DNA of 64,000 nt from an uncultured Saprospiraceae bacterium (GTDB taxonomy: Bacteria > Bacteroidota > Bacteroidia > Chitinophagales > Saprospiraceae): NCBI GenBank assembly GCA_964621185.1, contig CAZULM010000029.1, forward strand, positions 987 to 64,986, in the 5' to 3' direction. This document shows positions 18,532-26,086 of this stretch, piece by piece. Position 1 is the stretch's first letter, and each line of letters opens with the position of its first letter. The notes beneath the pieces are model-generated. The model saw nothing but the letters and a program-made list of their open reading frames with translations, searched no databases and had not been told where the DNA came from. The position numbers were made by a program, and so were the translations under genes.

Positions 18532-18550
18532 TGATGGGGGTGCGATTTTG

Positions 18551-18579
18551 TTGCTCACAACGGCACAACGACACGACGG
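18551..18579. repeat. REP-like module ttgctcacaacggcacaacgacacgacgg
   Basis: About 85% identical to 5761-5788. Lies 20 nt after the stop codon at 18531. Confidence 0.5.
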
Positions 18580-18601
18580 GAAATCGGCACAACCAGTTGC
18601 T

Positions 18602-18642
18602 ATCCATGAATATTTCAAAAAAATTTTCAAATATTCATGGAT
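18602..18642. promoter_or_regulatory. 41-bp AT-rich palindrome (14-bp perfect arms atccatgaatattt / aaatattcatggat)
   Basis: Arms at 18602-18615 and 18629-18642. The 13-nt centre caaaaaaattttc is itself symmetric. Could be a terminator hairpin or a dimeric regulator site. Confidence 0.5.
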
Positions 18643-18912
18643 TACCTGGAATTCGATTTAAACTACGTCATAACCCCAGGCGGCGAGCGCTTTGAGCGCA
18701 GCGACGGCCTGCGGATATGCCCTTTGTCTGCCTTTTTGGAGGAAGATTTGCCATCTTTACTGTGATAAAGCAGGGTATCTCCACCGTCAAAAAAGCACAT
18801 GAATCTGTTATTTTTTTGGCCTCCAGCCCGCGCAACCTTTGCAGCACAATTTGACTTCAATATGTCAGGTTGTGCTTTCTTTTGTCCATTTTCAAAATTA
18901 AACACAATTATC

Positions 18913-20193
18913 ATGCGCAAAAACTACTTTTCCTTGCTCATCCTTTTGGTACACTGCCTGCACAACATTGTTGCCCAGGATTGCCTGCCCAATGGTATTA
19001 TTCTGGGCAATCAGGCCGCCATCGACAGCTTTACGATCAATTATCCGGGGTGCAAGCATGTTTTGGGAAATCTTCAAATTGGAACCAACAGTTCAACGGC
19101 TCTAATAACCAACTTAGACAGCTTGTACCAGGTTGAACGGGTAAAATACCTGTATGTAATGAACAACAAAGCATTGAGCAGTTTGAGGGGGCTAAACAGG
19201 CTAAAGCAAATCGATTTAACTTTTCACTGTGTTGGCAATATCGCGTTAGAAAATATGAGTGGGCTGGATAGTTTGAGTTCTATTGGCGGGCCTTTTGAAT
19301 TTGGGTACAATAACAAAATAGTCAATTTAAAGGGATTAGAGCGCTTGACTAACATTGGGGGAGGAATTACATTTAGCAATTGCGCCGCCTTAACGAACTT
19401 GCATGGCTTAGACAGCTTGGGGTCTATTGGAAACTTTCTATACTTTGTTCAAAACCCTGTATTGAGCAGCCTAAGGGGCTTGGAAAAAATAAAAACTATC
19501 CCCTTTTATTTGAGCATTTTTCTAAACCCAGCCTTGCCAAACCTCGACGGCCTAAACAATGTCACCCATATTGGAAACTTGGTGTCAATTACAGACAACA
19601 AGAGCCTAACAAGCTTGAGTGGCCTGGAAAACTTGCAAACCGTCAACAGCCACCTGTGGATCGTCAACAATTATGAGCTTAGCGACATCAGCAGCTTGAG
19701 CAACCTTACCACTGTTAACGGAGAGTTTGCAATACTCAGGGCATACAACCTGACGAGTATAGATGGGATAAAGAACATCAACCCAGATAGCCTGGACCGG
19801 CTGGAAATCAGTGGCTGCCCCACCCTCTCCAACTGCGCTGTTGAAAGCGTATGCAATTACTTGGGCATAGCAGCCAATCCCGCAACCATTCATTCAAATG
19901 GGCAAGGGTGCGATAGCAGGGTCGAAGTGGAGGCTGCATGCACAACCTTGTCGGCAGAAGAAAAACCAAATATCCTTCCCTTAAAAGTATATCCCAACCC
20001 TGCGGGCAAAACGATCAACATCTCGGGTTTCCCTGCCGGCACGGCGAAGGTAAGCAACAACCTAGGCATTGTTGTGTTGAAAAGGGCCTACGACAATGCC
20101 GTGATGGATGTGTCGGGCTTGCCCAGCGGGATGTATTTCCTGCAGGTGTACTCCGGAAAGGAAATGGCGGTTGGGTGTTTTTTAAAAGAATAA
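18913..20193 (+). CDS. Leucine-rich-repeat surface protein with T9SS type-A CTD
   Basis: Signal peptide MRKNYFSLLILLVHCLHNIVAQ from the ATG at 18913. About 12 repeats of ~23 aa (L..L..I.G.L.I..N..L.SL.GL.NL). C-terminus VYPNPAGKTINIS...GMYFLQV. Confidence 0.8.
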   Translation: MRKNYFSLLILLVHCLHNIVAQDCLPNGIILGNQAAIDSFTINYPGCKHVLGNLQIGTNSSTALITNLDSLYQVERVKYLYVMNNKALSSLRGLNRLKQIDLTFHCVGNIALENMSGLDSLSSIGGPFEFGYNNKIVNLKGLERLTNIGGGITFSNCAALTNLHGLDSLGSIGNFLYFVQNPVLSSLRGLEKIKTIPFYLSIFLNPALPNLDGLNNVTHIGNLVSITDNKSLTSLSGLENLQTVNSHLWIVNNYELSDISSLSNLTTVNGEFAILRAYNLTSIDGIKNINPDSLDRLEISGCPTLSNCAVESVCNYLGIAANPATIHSNGQGCDSRVEVEAACTTLSAEEKPNILPLKVYPNPAGKTINISGFPAGTAKVSNNLGIVVLKRAYDNAVMDVSGLPSGMYFLQVYSGKEMAVGCFLKE

Positions 20194-20373
20194 AACCCCT
20201 GCAATTTCTTCCGGGGAGCCAATATCCCGCATTTATTTCCGCTCAAAAGCCGTTTCCAAAAGCATCGCACACTTGTTATTACAAAGCGCTGGCACAGTTT
20301 TTTTGCACAAATAGTAAAGGGGCAAAAATGCCCGAAAGGGATTGCCCCAATTGTGCTTTAAAACTATCGTGCT

Positions 20374-21213
20374 ATGAGAACCATCATCGCTTGTACAGAT
20401 TTTTCCCCAGTTGCGGCCAACGCGGTACAATATGCTGCCGCGCTTGCCAGCGCGACAAACGCGCCCCTTTTGCTTTACCACCACTTCAAATACCCGATAC
20501 CCGCAACGGACATGACGGGCCTGTATCCTGCAAAACTGATCGATGAAGTGACCGAAAACTTAGAAACCAGCCTGTCGGAAATCAAGGACAACCTGTCCAA
20601 GTCCTATCAGATTGAAATCGGATTTGTCGTGCGCAGCTTAGACATGCAGGCCGATTTGGAGGATGTTTTCCAAAGCGAGGATGCCGGCTTGGTGGTGATG
20701 GGGCTTCAAGGAAGCAATTGGGTAAGCCATCTCCTTTTTGGCAGCGAAACGGCGCGCGCCATCCGAAGGGGCAAGCTGCCTTTGTTGCTGATCCCTAAAG
20801 GCTCGGCGTTCCAACCGCCAAAGAAGATACTTTTCCCGTTCGACGACCAAGAAATTCCCAACCCCGGCATAGTCCAACCGCTTCTGGATTTGGCCGATTA
20901 TTTTGATGCGCACATAGAGGTGCTTACACTGTTCGACCTGGAAAAAACGCCGGAACTCGCCCCGCAAAGGATAATGCCAGCCTCGAAAGGGAACCTGGAC
21001 GCGCTCTTGGTCGGCACAAGCCATGAATTTGCCTACCTGTATGAAGACAACATTAAAAATGGCATCCTCAGCGAAGCTGCACAGGGCTCGGCCGATATCG
21101 TGGCCATGATCTCGCACCACCATTCCTTCCTTTCCATGCTCCTCCACCAAAGTGAGACGCAACGGGTCGCCTCTTCAATTCAGATACCTTTGTTGGTACT
21201 TGGAGAGGGCTGA
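20374..21213 (+). CDS. Universal stress protein, tandem UspA domains
   Basis: 279 aa. Two Usp-like halves: MRTIIACTDFSPVAANAVQYAA..., and GLVVMGLQG...LFGSETARAI. Confidence 0.7.
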   Translation: MRTIIACTDFSPVAANAVQYAAALASATNAPLLLYHHFKYPIPATDMTGLYPAKLIDEVTENLETSLSEIKDNLSKSYQIEIGFVVRSLDMQADLEDVFQSEDAGLVVMGLQGSNWVSHLLFGSETARAIRRGKLPLLLIPKGSAFQPPKKILFPFDDQEIPNPGIVQPLLDLADYFDAHIEVLTLFDLEKTPELAPQRIMPASKGNLDALLVGTSHEFAYLYEDNIKNGILSEAAQGSADIVAMISHHHSFLSMLLHQSETQRVASSIQIPLLVLGEG

Positions 21214-21256
21214 CCTGAAATGCTGAGGTGTCATTTTCGCTGCTAATAATATATAA

Positions 21257-21358
21257 CTCATGCCGCTTGGTTTTGTGCATGCCGGTCTTTGTAATCAATT
21301 GAAAATCAGTTGAATCAATCATACTCAATCACAAAAACCAGGCGAATCTTAGTATAGT
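21257..21358 (+). repeat. Copy 3 of the dispersed ~100-bp element
   Basis: Starts 44 nt after the stop codon at 21213. Lies between the convergent usp and nosY genes. Confidence 0.85.
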
Positions 21359-21398
21359 ATCCAATAGTGCCCCGCACAACGGTGACGATTGTGCTATG

Positions 21399-22166
21399 CT
21401 ACAAGTCCTTTCCCCTAAACACCCGCACCGCCAACACAATCGGCACAAAAACCCAGGCCAGCAGCACCACCGCCGCAAACGCGATGCCCAATCCCGTGCC
21501 CAACAATTCCTGGAACAGCGCCCCCGTGTACCCCATGAGGGCCGAAATGTCCATTTGAAGCAGCACCAGCACTCGCGCCAGGTCGATGGGGTTGAGCGCC
21601 ACCACGGCCAACATGGCCTTTTCCAAGGGGTAGTCGGCAAAGGCGAACATCAGGAAAAGCACGATAGCATCGTACAGCAAGGCAAAAAAGAACCAGGACA
21701 GCAGCGCCACCCCGATGCCCTTGGCCTTGTCGCGGGTAAGCACCGAGGCCAGCACCGCAATGGAAACAAACACCACCGACAATGCCGCCGCCGCCAGCAC
21801 CAGAAACAGGCCCGTGGCATTAGGCGAATAAATGGCGACCGGGATGCCAATGCCCATCAGCACGGCCAGCTTCATGGCCGCAGCCAAGCCAAAAAACTCG
21901 CTCCACACGATCACGCTGCGGCGTAAGGGCTGCGCCGCCAGCAGCTCGATAAACTCGTAGGAATTGTAAAAATGAATGGTGGAAAAAACGATGCTCACCA
22001 AGGGGGCGACAATCAGCACGATGTTCAGCAAGCCAACCATGCCCTTGGTGGGGTCGTCACCGAGGTTGAACAGCCCAAAGGATACGGCAAACAAGAACAA
22101 TGTGTAGCCAATCAGTATCCGGTTCTGTAGGATGTCTAACAGAACATATTTAACGATGCGCAGCAT
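21399..22166 (-). CDS. nosY: ABC-2 type permease NosY
   Basis: Six hydrophobic segments. Overlaps the nosF stop by 17 nt. Last gene of the nos operon. Confidence 0.8.
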   Translation of the reverse strand: MLRIVKYVLLDILQNRILIGYTLFLFAVSFGLFNLGDDPTKGMVGLLNIVLIVAPLVSIVFSTIHFYNSYEFIELLAAQPLRRSVIVWSEFFGLAAAMKLAVLMGIGIPVAIYSPNATGLFLVLAAAALSVVFVSIAVLASVLTRDKAKGIGVALLSWFFFALLYDAIVLFLMFAFADYPLEKAMLAVVALNPIDLARVLVLLQMDISALMGYTGALFQELLGTGLGIAFAAVVLLAWVFVPIVLAVRVFRGKDL

Positions 22167-22878
22167 AAGCCTGGTTTTGTTGCATCACTTTAGCCAGCGC
22201 GCGGTTCAACCTTTGCTCGCCGGTGCGTGATTTTAGGTCATCAATAGTCTGGTAAAACTGCACTTTCCCCTCAATGATATAGATCACGTCGGTGGTAAGC
22301 TCCTCCAAGTCGCTGAGGATATGGGAAGTCACGAGTATCAGCTTGCCCTCGGCTTTTTCGGCCAGTATCTTTTCTTTCAGTATCTCCGAGGCAACCGGGT
22401 CGAGGCCTGCGGTGGGCTCGTCGAGGATGAGTACCTGTGGATCGAAGAAGAAAGCTAAGCAGGCGCTCACTTTTTGGCGCGTGCCGCCAGAGAGGGTGCG
22501 CATGGTCTTGTCGGAAAACTTTTCCACCTGAAAAGCCCGCATCAGGTCGTCGTCGATGCGCTCGTAGGCGCCGTTGCGGATTTCCCGAACCATGTCGAAA
22601 ACCTGGGCTACCCGCATATTGTCGGGGTAGCGGCCAATCTGCGGCATGTAGCCCAGGTGCCGGCGGTAGTCCCACGTGCCGTTGATGGCGCTGCCATGAA
22701 GGGTCATTGCCCCGCTGTCGGGCACGACCAGGCCGAGCAGGCATTTCAGGAAAGTGGTCTTTCCCGAGCCGTTGGGGCCGATCAGGGAGATTGCCTGGCC
22801 AGCGTCCATTTGTACGCTTACATTGTCGAGGACCTTCAGTTTGCCGAAGGATTTACAGAGGTTGGATGTGTGTAACAT
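22150..22878 (-). CDS. nosF: ABC transporter ATP-binding protein NosF
   Basis: Walker A GPNGSGKTT, signature LSGGTRQK, Walker B LILDEPT. Confidence 0.85.
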   Translation of the reverse strand: MLHTSNLCKSFGKLKVLDNVSVQMDAGQAISLIGPNGSGKTTFLKCLLGLVVPDSGAMTLHGSAINGTWDYRRHLGYMPQIGRYPDNMRVAQVFDMVREIRNGAYERIDDDLMRAFQVEKFSDKTMRTLSGGTRQKVSACLAFFFDPQVLILDEPTAGLDPVASEILKEKILAEKAEGKLILVTSHILSDLEELTTDVIYIIEGKVQFYQTIDDLKSRTGEQRLNRALAKVMQQNQAYAAHR

Positions 22879-22885
22879 GGTCTTG

Positions 22886-23002
22886 CATCACCGGGCGGTT
22901 CCCGATGTTAATGATTACGCCCTTTCAGGGCTGCGTTAAGTCCGGGCGCTCACACCATCGGGCGGTGCCCGAGGTTAGGGATCACGCCCTTTCAGGGATG
23001 CG
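22886..23002. repeat. Two direct copies (about 85% identical, 47 bp each, 67-bp period) of a GC-rich motif in the fas1-nosF spacer
   Basis: caccgggcggttcccgatgttaatgattacgccctttcagggctgcg versus catcgggcggtgcccgaggttagggatcacgccctttcagggatgcg. Confidence 0.7.
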
Positions 23003-23011
23003 GCGTGGGCA

Positions 23012-23569
23012 TTACTTCGGCAACAGCACCGCGTCGATGACGTGGATGATGCCGTTGGAGGCAGGGATGGTGGCTATGACGTTGGCGCCGTTCACGGTGA
23101 TTTTGCCGTCTTTGTTGCCGATGGTCACGCTGCCGCCGCTGGCCATGGAGAGCACCTTGCCGTCTTCCAGCATGTCGGGTTTGAAAACGGCAAGCGCGAC
23201 GTGGTACTCCAGGATGTTGGACAAGGCATCTTTTTTGTCGGGTTTCAAAAGCCCTTCAACTGTGCCTGCCGGAAGCTTGTCGAACGCGGCGTTGGTGGGC
23301 GCAAATACGGTGAATGGCCCGGCGTTGGTGAGGGCATTCACCAGATCGGCGGCTTTGACGGCCGTTACCAGCGTGGTATGGTCGGGGCTGCCCGCGGCAA
23401 CCTTTACGATGTCCTTTTGGGACACATCGTCCTGAACGGCAGACTGGCCGCCCCCGAGCGCTGCTTCCGACGCGCTGGATGGGCCACCCTTGCTGGGGGC
23501 TGAATGGGTGCAGTTTGAAAGACCGAAAACGGTCAGGATGCTGAGGAAAAGGATACTTAAGTTTTTCAT
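23012..23569 (-). CDS. Fasciclin (FAS1) domain lipoprotein
   Basis: Signal/lipobox MKNLSILFLSILTVFGLSNC from the ATG at 23569. FAS1 motifs: TVFAPTNAAF, IL.YHV, GIIHVIDAVLLP. Confidence 0.8.
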   Translation of the reverse strand: MKNLSILFLSILTVFGLSNCTHSAPSKGGPSSASEAALGGGQSAVQDDVSQKDIVKVAAGSPDHTTLVTAVKAADLVNALTNAGPFTVFAPTNAAFDKLPAGTVEGLLKPDKKDALSNILEYHVALAVFKPDMLEDGKVLSMASGGSVTIGNKDGKITVNGANVIATIPASNGIIHVIDAVLLPK

Positions 23570-23615
23570 TTTCAAATAATTGTGCAATAAAAAATTGTTC
23601 CGCTTTTCAGGTTTG

Positions 23616-24860
23616 TCATGTAAAGGCCATCGGTTTCATGGCAGGTTTATCGTCCATGAGATGTTCAGGCGTAAGGGAAGGGATCACTTTTTCCGCTTTG
23701 TCCATGAGATATACCATGAAGCTGCGCATGAGCATGAGGCCGAAGGGCATCCGCTCCACAACCACAGCGTACAGGCTCACGGGCCGGAAAGGCACATCCC
23801 CTGCCCCGTCGCGATTTAGGTCGTAGCCTTCGTATCGGTCCCAGTAGTTGCCCTCGAAGGTGTTGAGCACGAGGTGGCCATTGGTAGAAATGTCGAAAGA
23901 GTTGCCGAAAAAGTTGTTCTGGCGCACTTCGTTGGCATCGCAGCTGGCTTGCACGCGCAGGGCCCAGCCGTTTTCCTGAAATACGTTCTGCTCCAACAGG
24001 ATACGGCTTGCGCCTTCCATATACACTGCGGCAGAGTTGTGCTCAAAGCGGTTTTTCCAGATATGGCTGTCGGAGATGTCCTTGAGCAGGAGGCCATAAG
24101 CGGCGCTGCCCCAGTTGTGCCCGAAAACATTTTCGGTCATCTGTACCTTTCGGGAGTACATCACCGCCACGCCCGCGCCATTTTCCAGGAAACGGTTGTG
24201 GTGGTAATAATCGCTGTGGGAAAACATGAAATGCAGGCCATAGCGCAGGTTGCGCTCGCTGATGTTGCCGCTGATCTCCGAATCGGTTACGAATTCGAAG
24301 TAAATGCCGTCGCGCTGCCCTGTCAGGTAATTGTGCTCGATCAGCGCCCGGGAGCAGTTCCACAGGTGTACTCCGTTGCCGCAATTCTGCTCCTCTTTGA
24401 GGATGCCCTGCACATCGTTGCCACTGACCCGGCAATCGTGGGTATCGGAGAGGTAAATCCCGAAATTGCAGTCACGAAGGCGGTTGTGCTCAATAACCAC
24501 AAAGCCCACAGACAGCACCTTGATGCCGGCAATGTCTTTGGTGCTCATTTGGCCGCTGTTGCGCAGCTCAAAGCCCCTGATGCAAACATTGGAGGCTGTA
24601 ACGGTGATGATCTCGCATTGGTGCTGGCCGTCCAGCACCGGGTAATCGATGCCGATCAAGGTCAGTGGCTTGGTCACCTCCAGGTTTCCTTCTGCATAAT
24701 GGCCGGGCTGCACGACAATGGTGTCGCCCGCCCTGGCATTTTCCAGTGCCGGCTTGATGGCCCTAAACACTTGATCGGCGCCGACACGGATAGTGGTAGC
24801 CGACAGCGCCGGCGCCAAACCAAGCAGAAAGAAAATATGAAAGTGCAGGTATCTCATCAT
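23616..24860 (-). CDS. nosD: NosD, periplasmic parallel beta-helix copper-maturation protein
   Basis: Signal peptide, then IRVGADQVFRAIKPALENARAGDTIVVQPGHY and repeated beta-helix turns. The first ATG is at 24860 (the track start at 24863 is TTG). Confidence 0.85.
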   Translation of the reverse strand: MMRYLHFHIFFLLGLAPALSATTIRVGADQVFRAIKPALENARAGDTIVVQPGHYAEGNLEVTKPLTLIGIDYPVLDGQHQCEIITVTASNVCIRGFELRNSGQMSTKDIAGIKVLSVGFVVIEHNRLRDCNFGIYLSDTHDCRVSGNDVQGILKEEQNCGNGVHLWNCSRALIEHNYLTGQRDGIYFEFVTDSEISGNISERNLRYGLHFMFSHSDYYHHNRFLENGAGVAVMYSRKVQMTENVFGHNWGSAAYGLLLKDISDSHIWKNRFEHNSAAVYMEGASRILLEQNVFQENGWALRVQASCDANEVRQNNFFGNSFDISTNGHLVLNTFEGNYWDRYEGYDLNRDGAGDVPFRPVSLYAVVVERMPFGLMLMRSFMVYLMDKAEKVIPSLTPEHLMDDKPAMKPMAFT

Positions 24861-24931
24861 CAATTATTCTGGAACAATGTGCGGCATTATCATATTATGG
24901 AATTACCGCATTATCGAATTATCGCATTAGT

Positions 24932-25960
24932 TCAAAACTGCTTTTTCACCGCTTCCCAGTTCATTTCCGTACCGCCGCCGATCTGAGCCCTCACGGCATC
25001 GAGGTCTTGCGCCGTGGAAAAGGTTGCAACGTCGCCGCGCATCGGGCTTTTGATGGCATCGTTCTGCAGGAAAAATGCTTTGTGCAAATCGACAAAAGCG
25101 CCTGTGTTCTTAAAATCGACGCTCACGATTTGAGCGATTTCGCTTTCGAACACCGTGCCGCCTTTCAGGTAGGAAGCCAGACAATTGAGATCGTCAAAAA
25201 TGAACACTTTGCCCTTTTTTGTGACAATTTCTGCCCCGAAACGCTTGTCGGTCAAAGTCATTTTGCAGGCGGTGCAGGCATCTTTCCCATAGCGGATAGG
25301 CTCGGGGCCTGAGCTGCACCCGATGGCGGTTGTGGCCAAAAAGGCGGCAGACAGCAATGTCCCTTTCGCTTTCATATTTGCAGTTTTGATCTTTTTGTCG
25401 TTGAAATAATCCCAGCCAAACAGCACAATAGCCAAGCTGCACACAGCAATCAGCACCCAGGCGCCTGTGTCGGGGCCGGAATAAGCCGTGAAATTGAGCA
25501 GGTTTTTGTAGCCGAGCACGGGCGGCTGGTAGGCCATCCCCTCCACTTTGATGGCGGCGTTAGTATCCAGGTGGTGGCCATAGTCGTAGCCCCAGCGCCA
25601 GAAGTCCCACAAGGCAGCAATGCCATACACGATGGACAAGGCGATGAATGCGCCCAAGATTCGGGCGCGCCCAGTAAAGGCGGCCAAAAGCCCGACTGCG
25701 ATCAAGATGCCCAACAATATCCCGATGAACTTGAATTCGGGAAACATCTCCACGCTGATATGCTTCATGCCGATGTAGTGGTTGAGGCCGTTGATGATGT
25801 CGATGCTGCCGGTCAGCTGGTTGTGCCAAATTTTCATGGTCAAGCCCTCCGGGTACTGTGGCGCCCAGAGCATTATCTGCCAGAGGGGCACAAAGAATGT
25901 GATGACTAATAGGAGCGAGCTCAGGCCCAACAGCGCACGGGTCGTTTTGCTAAGTGTCAT
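24932..25960 (-). CDS. nosL: Membrane domain (4 TM) continuous in frame with a NosL copper-chaperone lipoprotein module
   Basis: Residues 1-195 are hydrophobic helices. Residue 196 starts MKAKGTLLSAAFLATTAIGC (a complete lipoprotein signal, ATG at 25375), followed by the NosL-like CTACKM...FDDLNC region. No stop codon separates the two parts. Confidence 0.7.
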   Translation of the reverse strand: MTLSKTTRALLGLSSLLLVITFFVPLWQIMLWAPQYPEGLTMKIWHNQLTGSIDIINGLNHYIGMKHISVEMFPEFKFIGILLGILIAVGLLAAFTGRARILGAFIALSIVYGIAALWDFWRWGYDYGHHLDTNAAIKVEGMAYQPPVLGYKNLLNFTAYSGPDTGAWVLIAVCSLAIVLFGWDYFNDKKIKTANMKAKGTLLSAAFLATTAIGCSSGPEPIRYGKDACTACKMTLTDKRFGAEIVTKKGKVFIFDDLNCLASYLKGGTVFESEIAQIVSVDFKNTGAFVDLHKAFFLQNDAIKSPMRGDVATFSTAQDLDAVRAQIGGGTEMNWEAVKKQF

Positions 25961-25980
25961 TTTTCAATGGATTGTTTGGT

Positions 25981-26081
25981 AGCGCGACTTTCAAGTCGCC
26001 CGAATAAGGCCATTTATGGCCGCTTTTCCTATAAATAGACGGCCATAAATGGCCTTATTCGGGCGACATAAATGTCGCGCT
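25981..26081 (-). promoter_or_regulatory. 101-nt intercistronic stem-loop between nosZ and the nosL-fusion gene
   Basis: Perfect 26-bp arms at 25997-26022 / 26040-26065, extended to 28 bp by 25995-96 / 26066-67. Outer 8-bp stem at 25981-88 / 26074-81. Symmetric 6x6 internal loop and 17-nt apical loop. Confidence 0.8.
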
Positions 26082-26086
26082 ACCGA

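Noticed and set aside
18637-18765. 42-aa plus-strand ORF MDYLEFDLNYVITPGGERFERSDGLRICPLSAFLEEDLPSLL
   Set aside because: The composition looks coding-like, but the ORF is short, its ATG lies inside the 18602-18642 palindrome, and no family was recognised. It is kept only as a note. It could be a gene remnant.
23874-24986. 370-aa plus-strand ORF antisense to nosD
   Set aside because: Shadow ORF opposite a well-supported nosD. No motifs.
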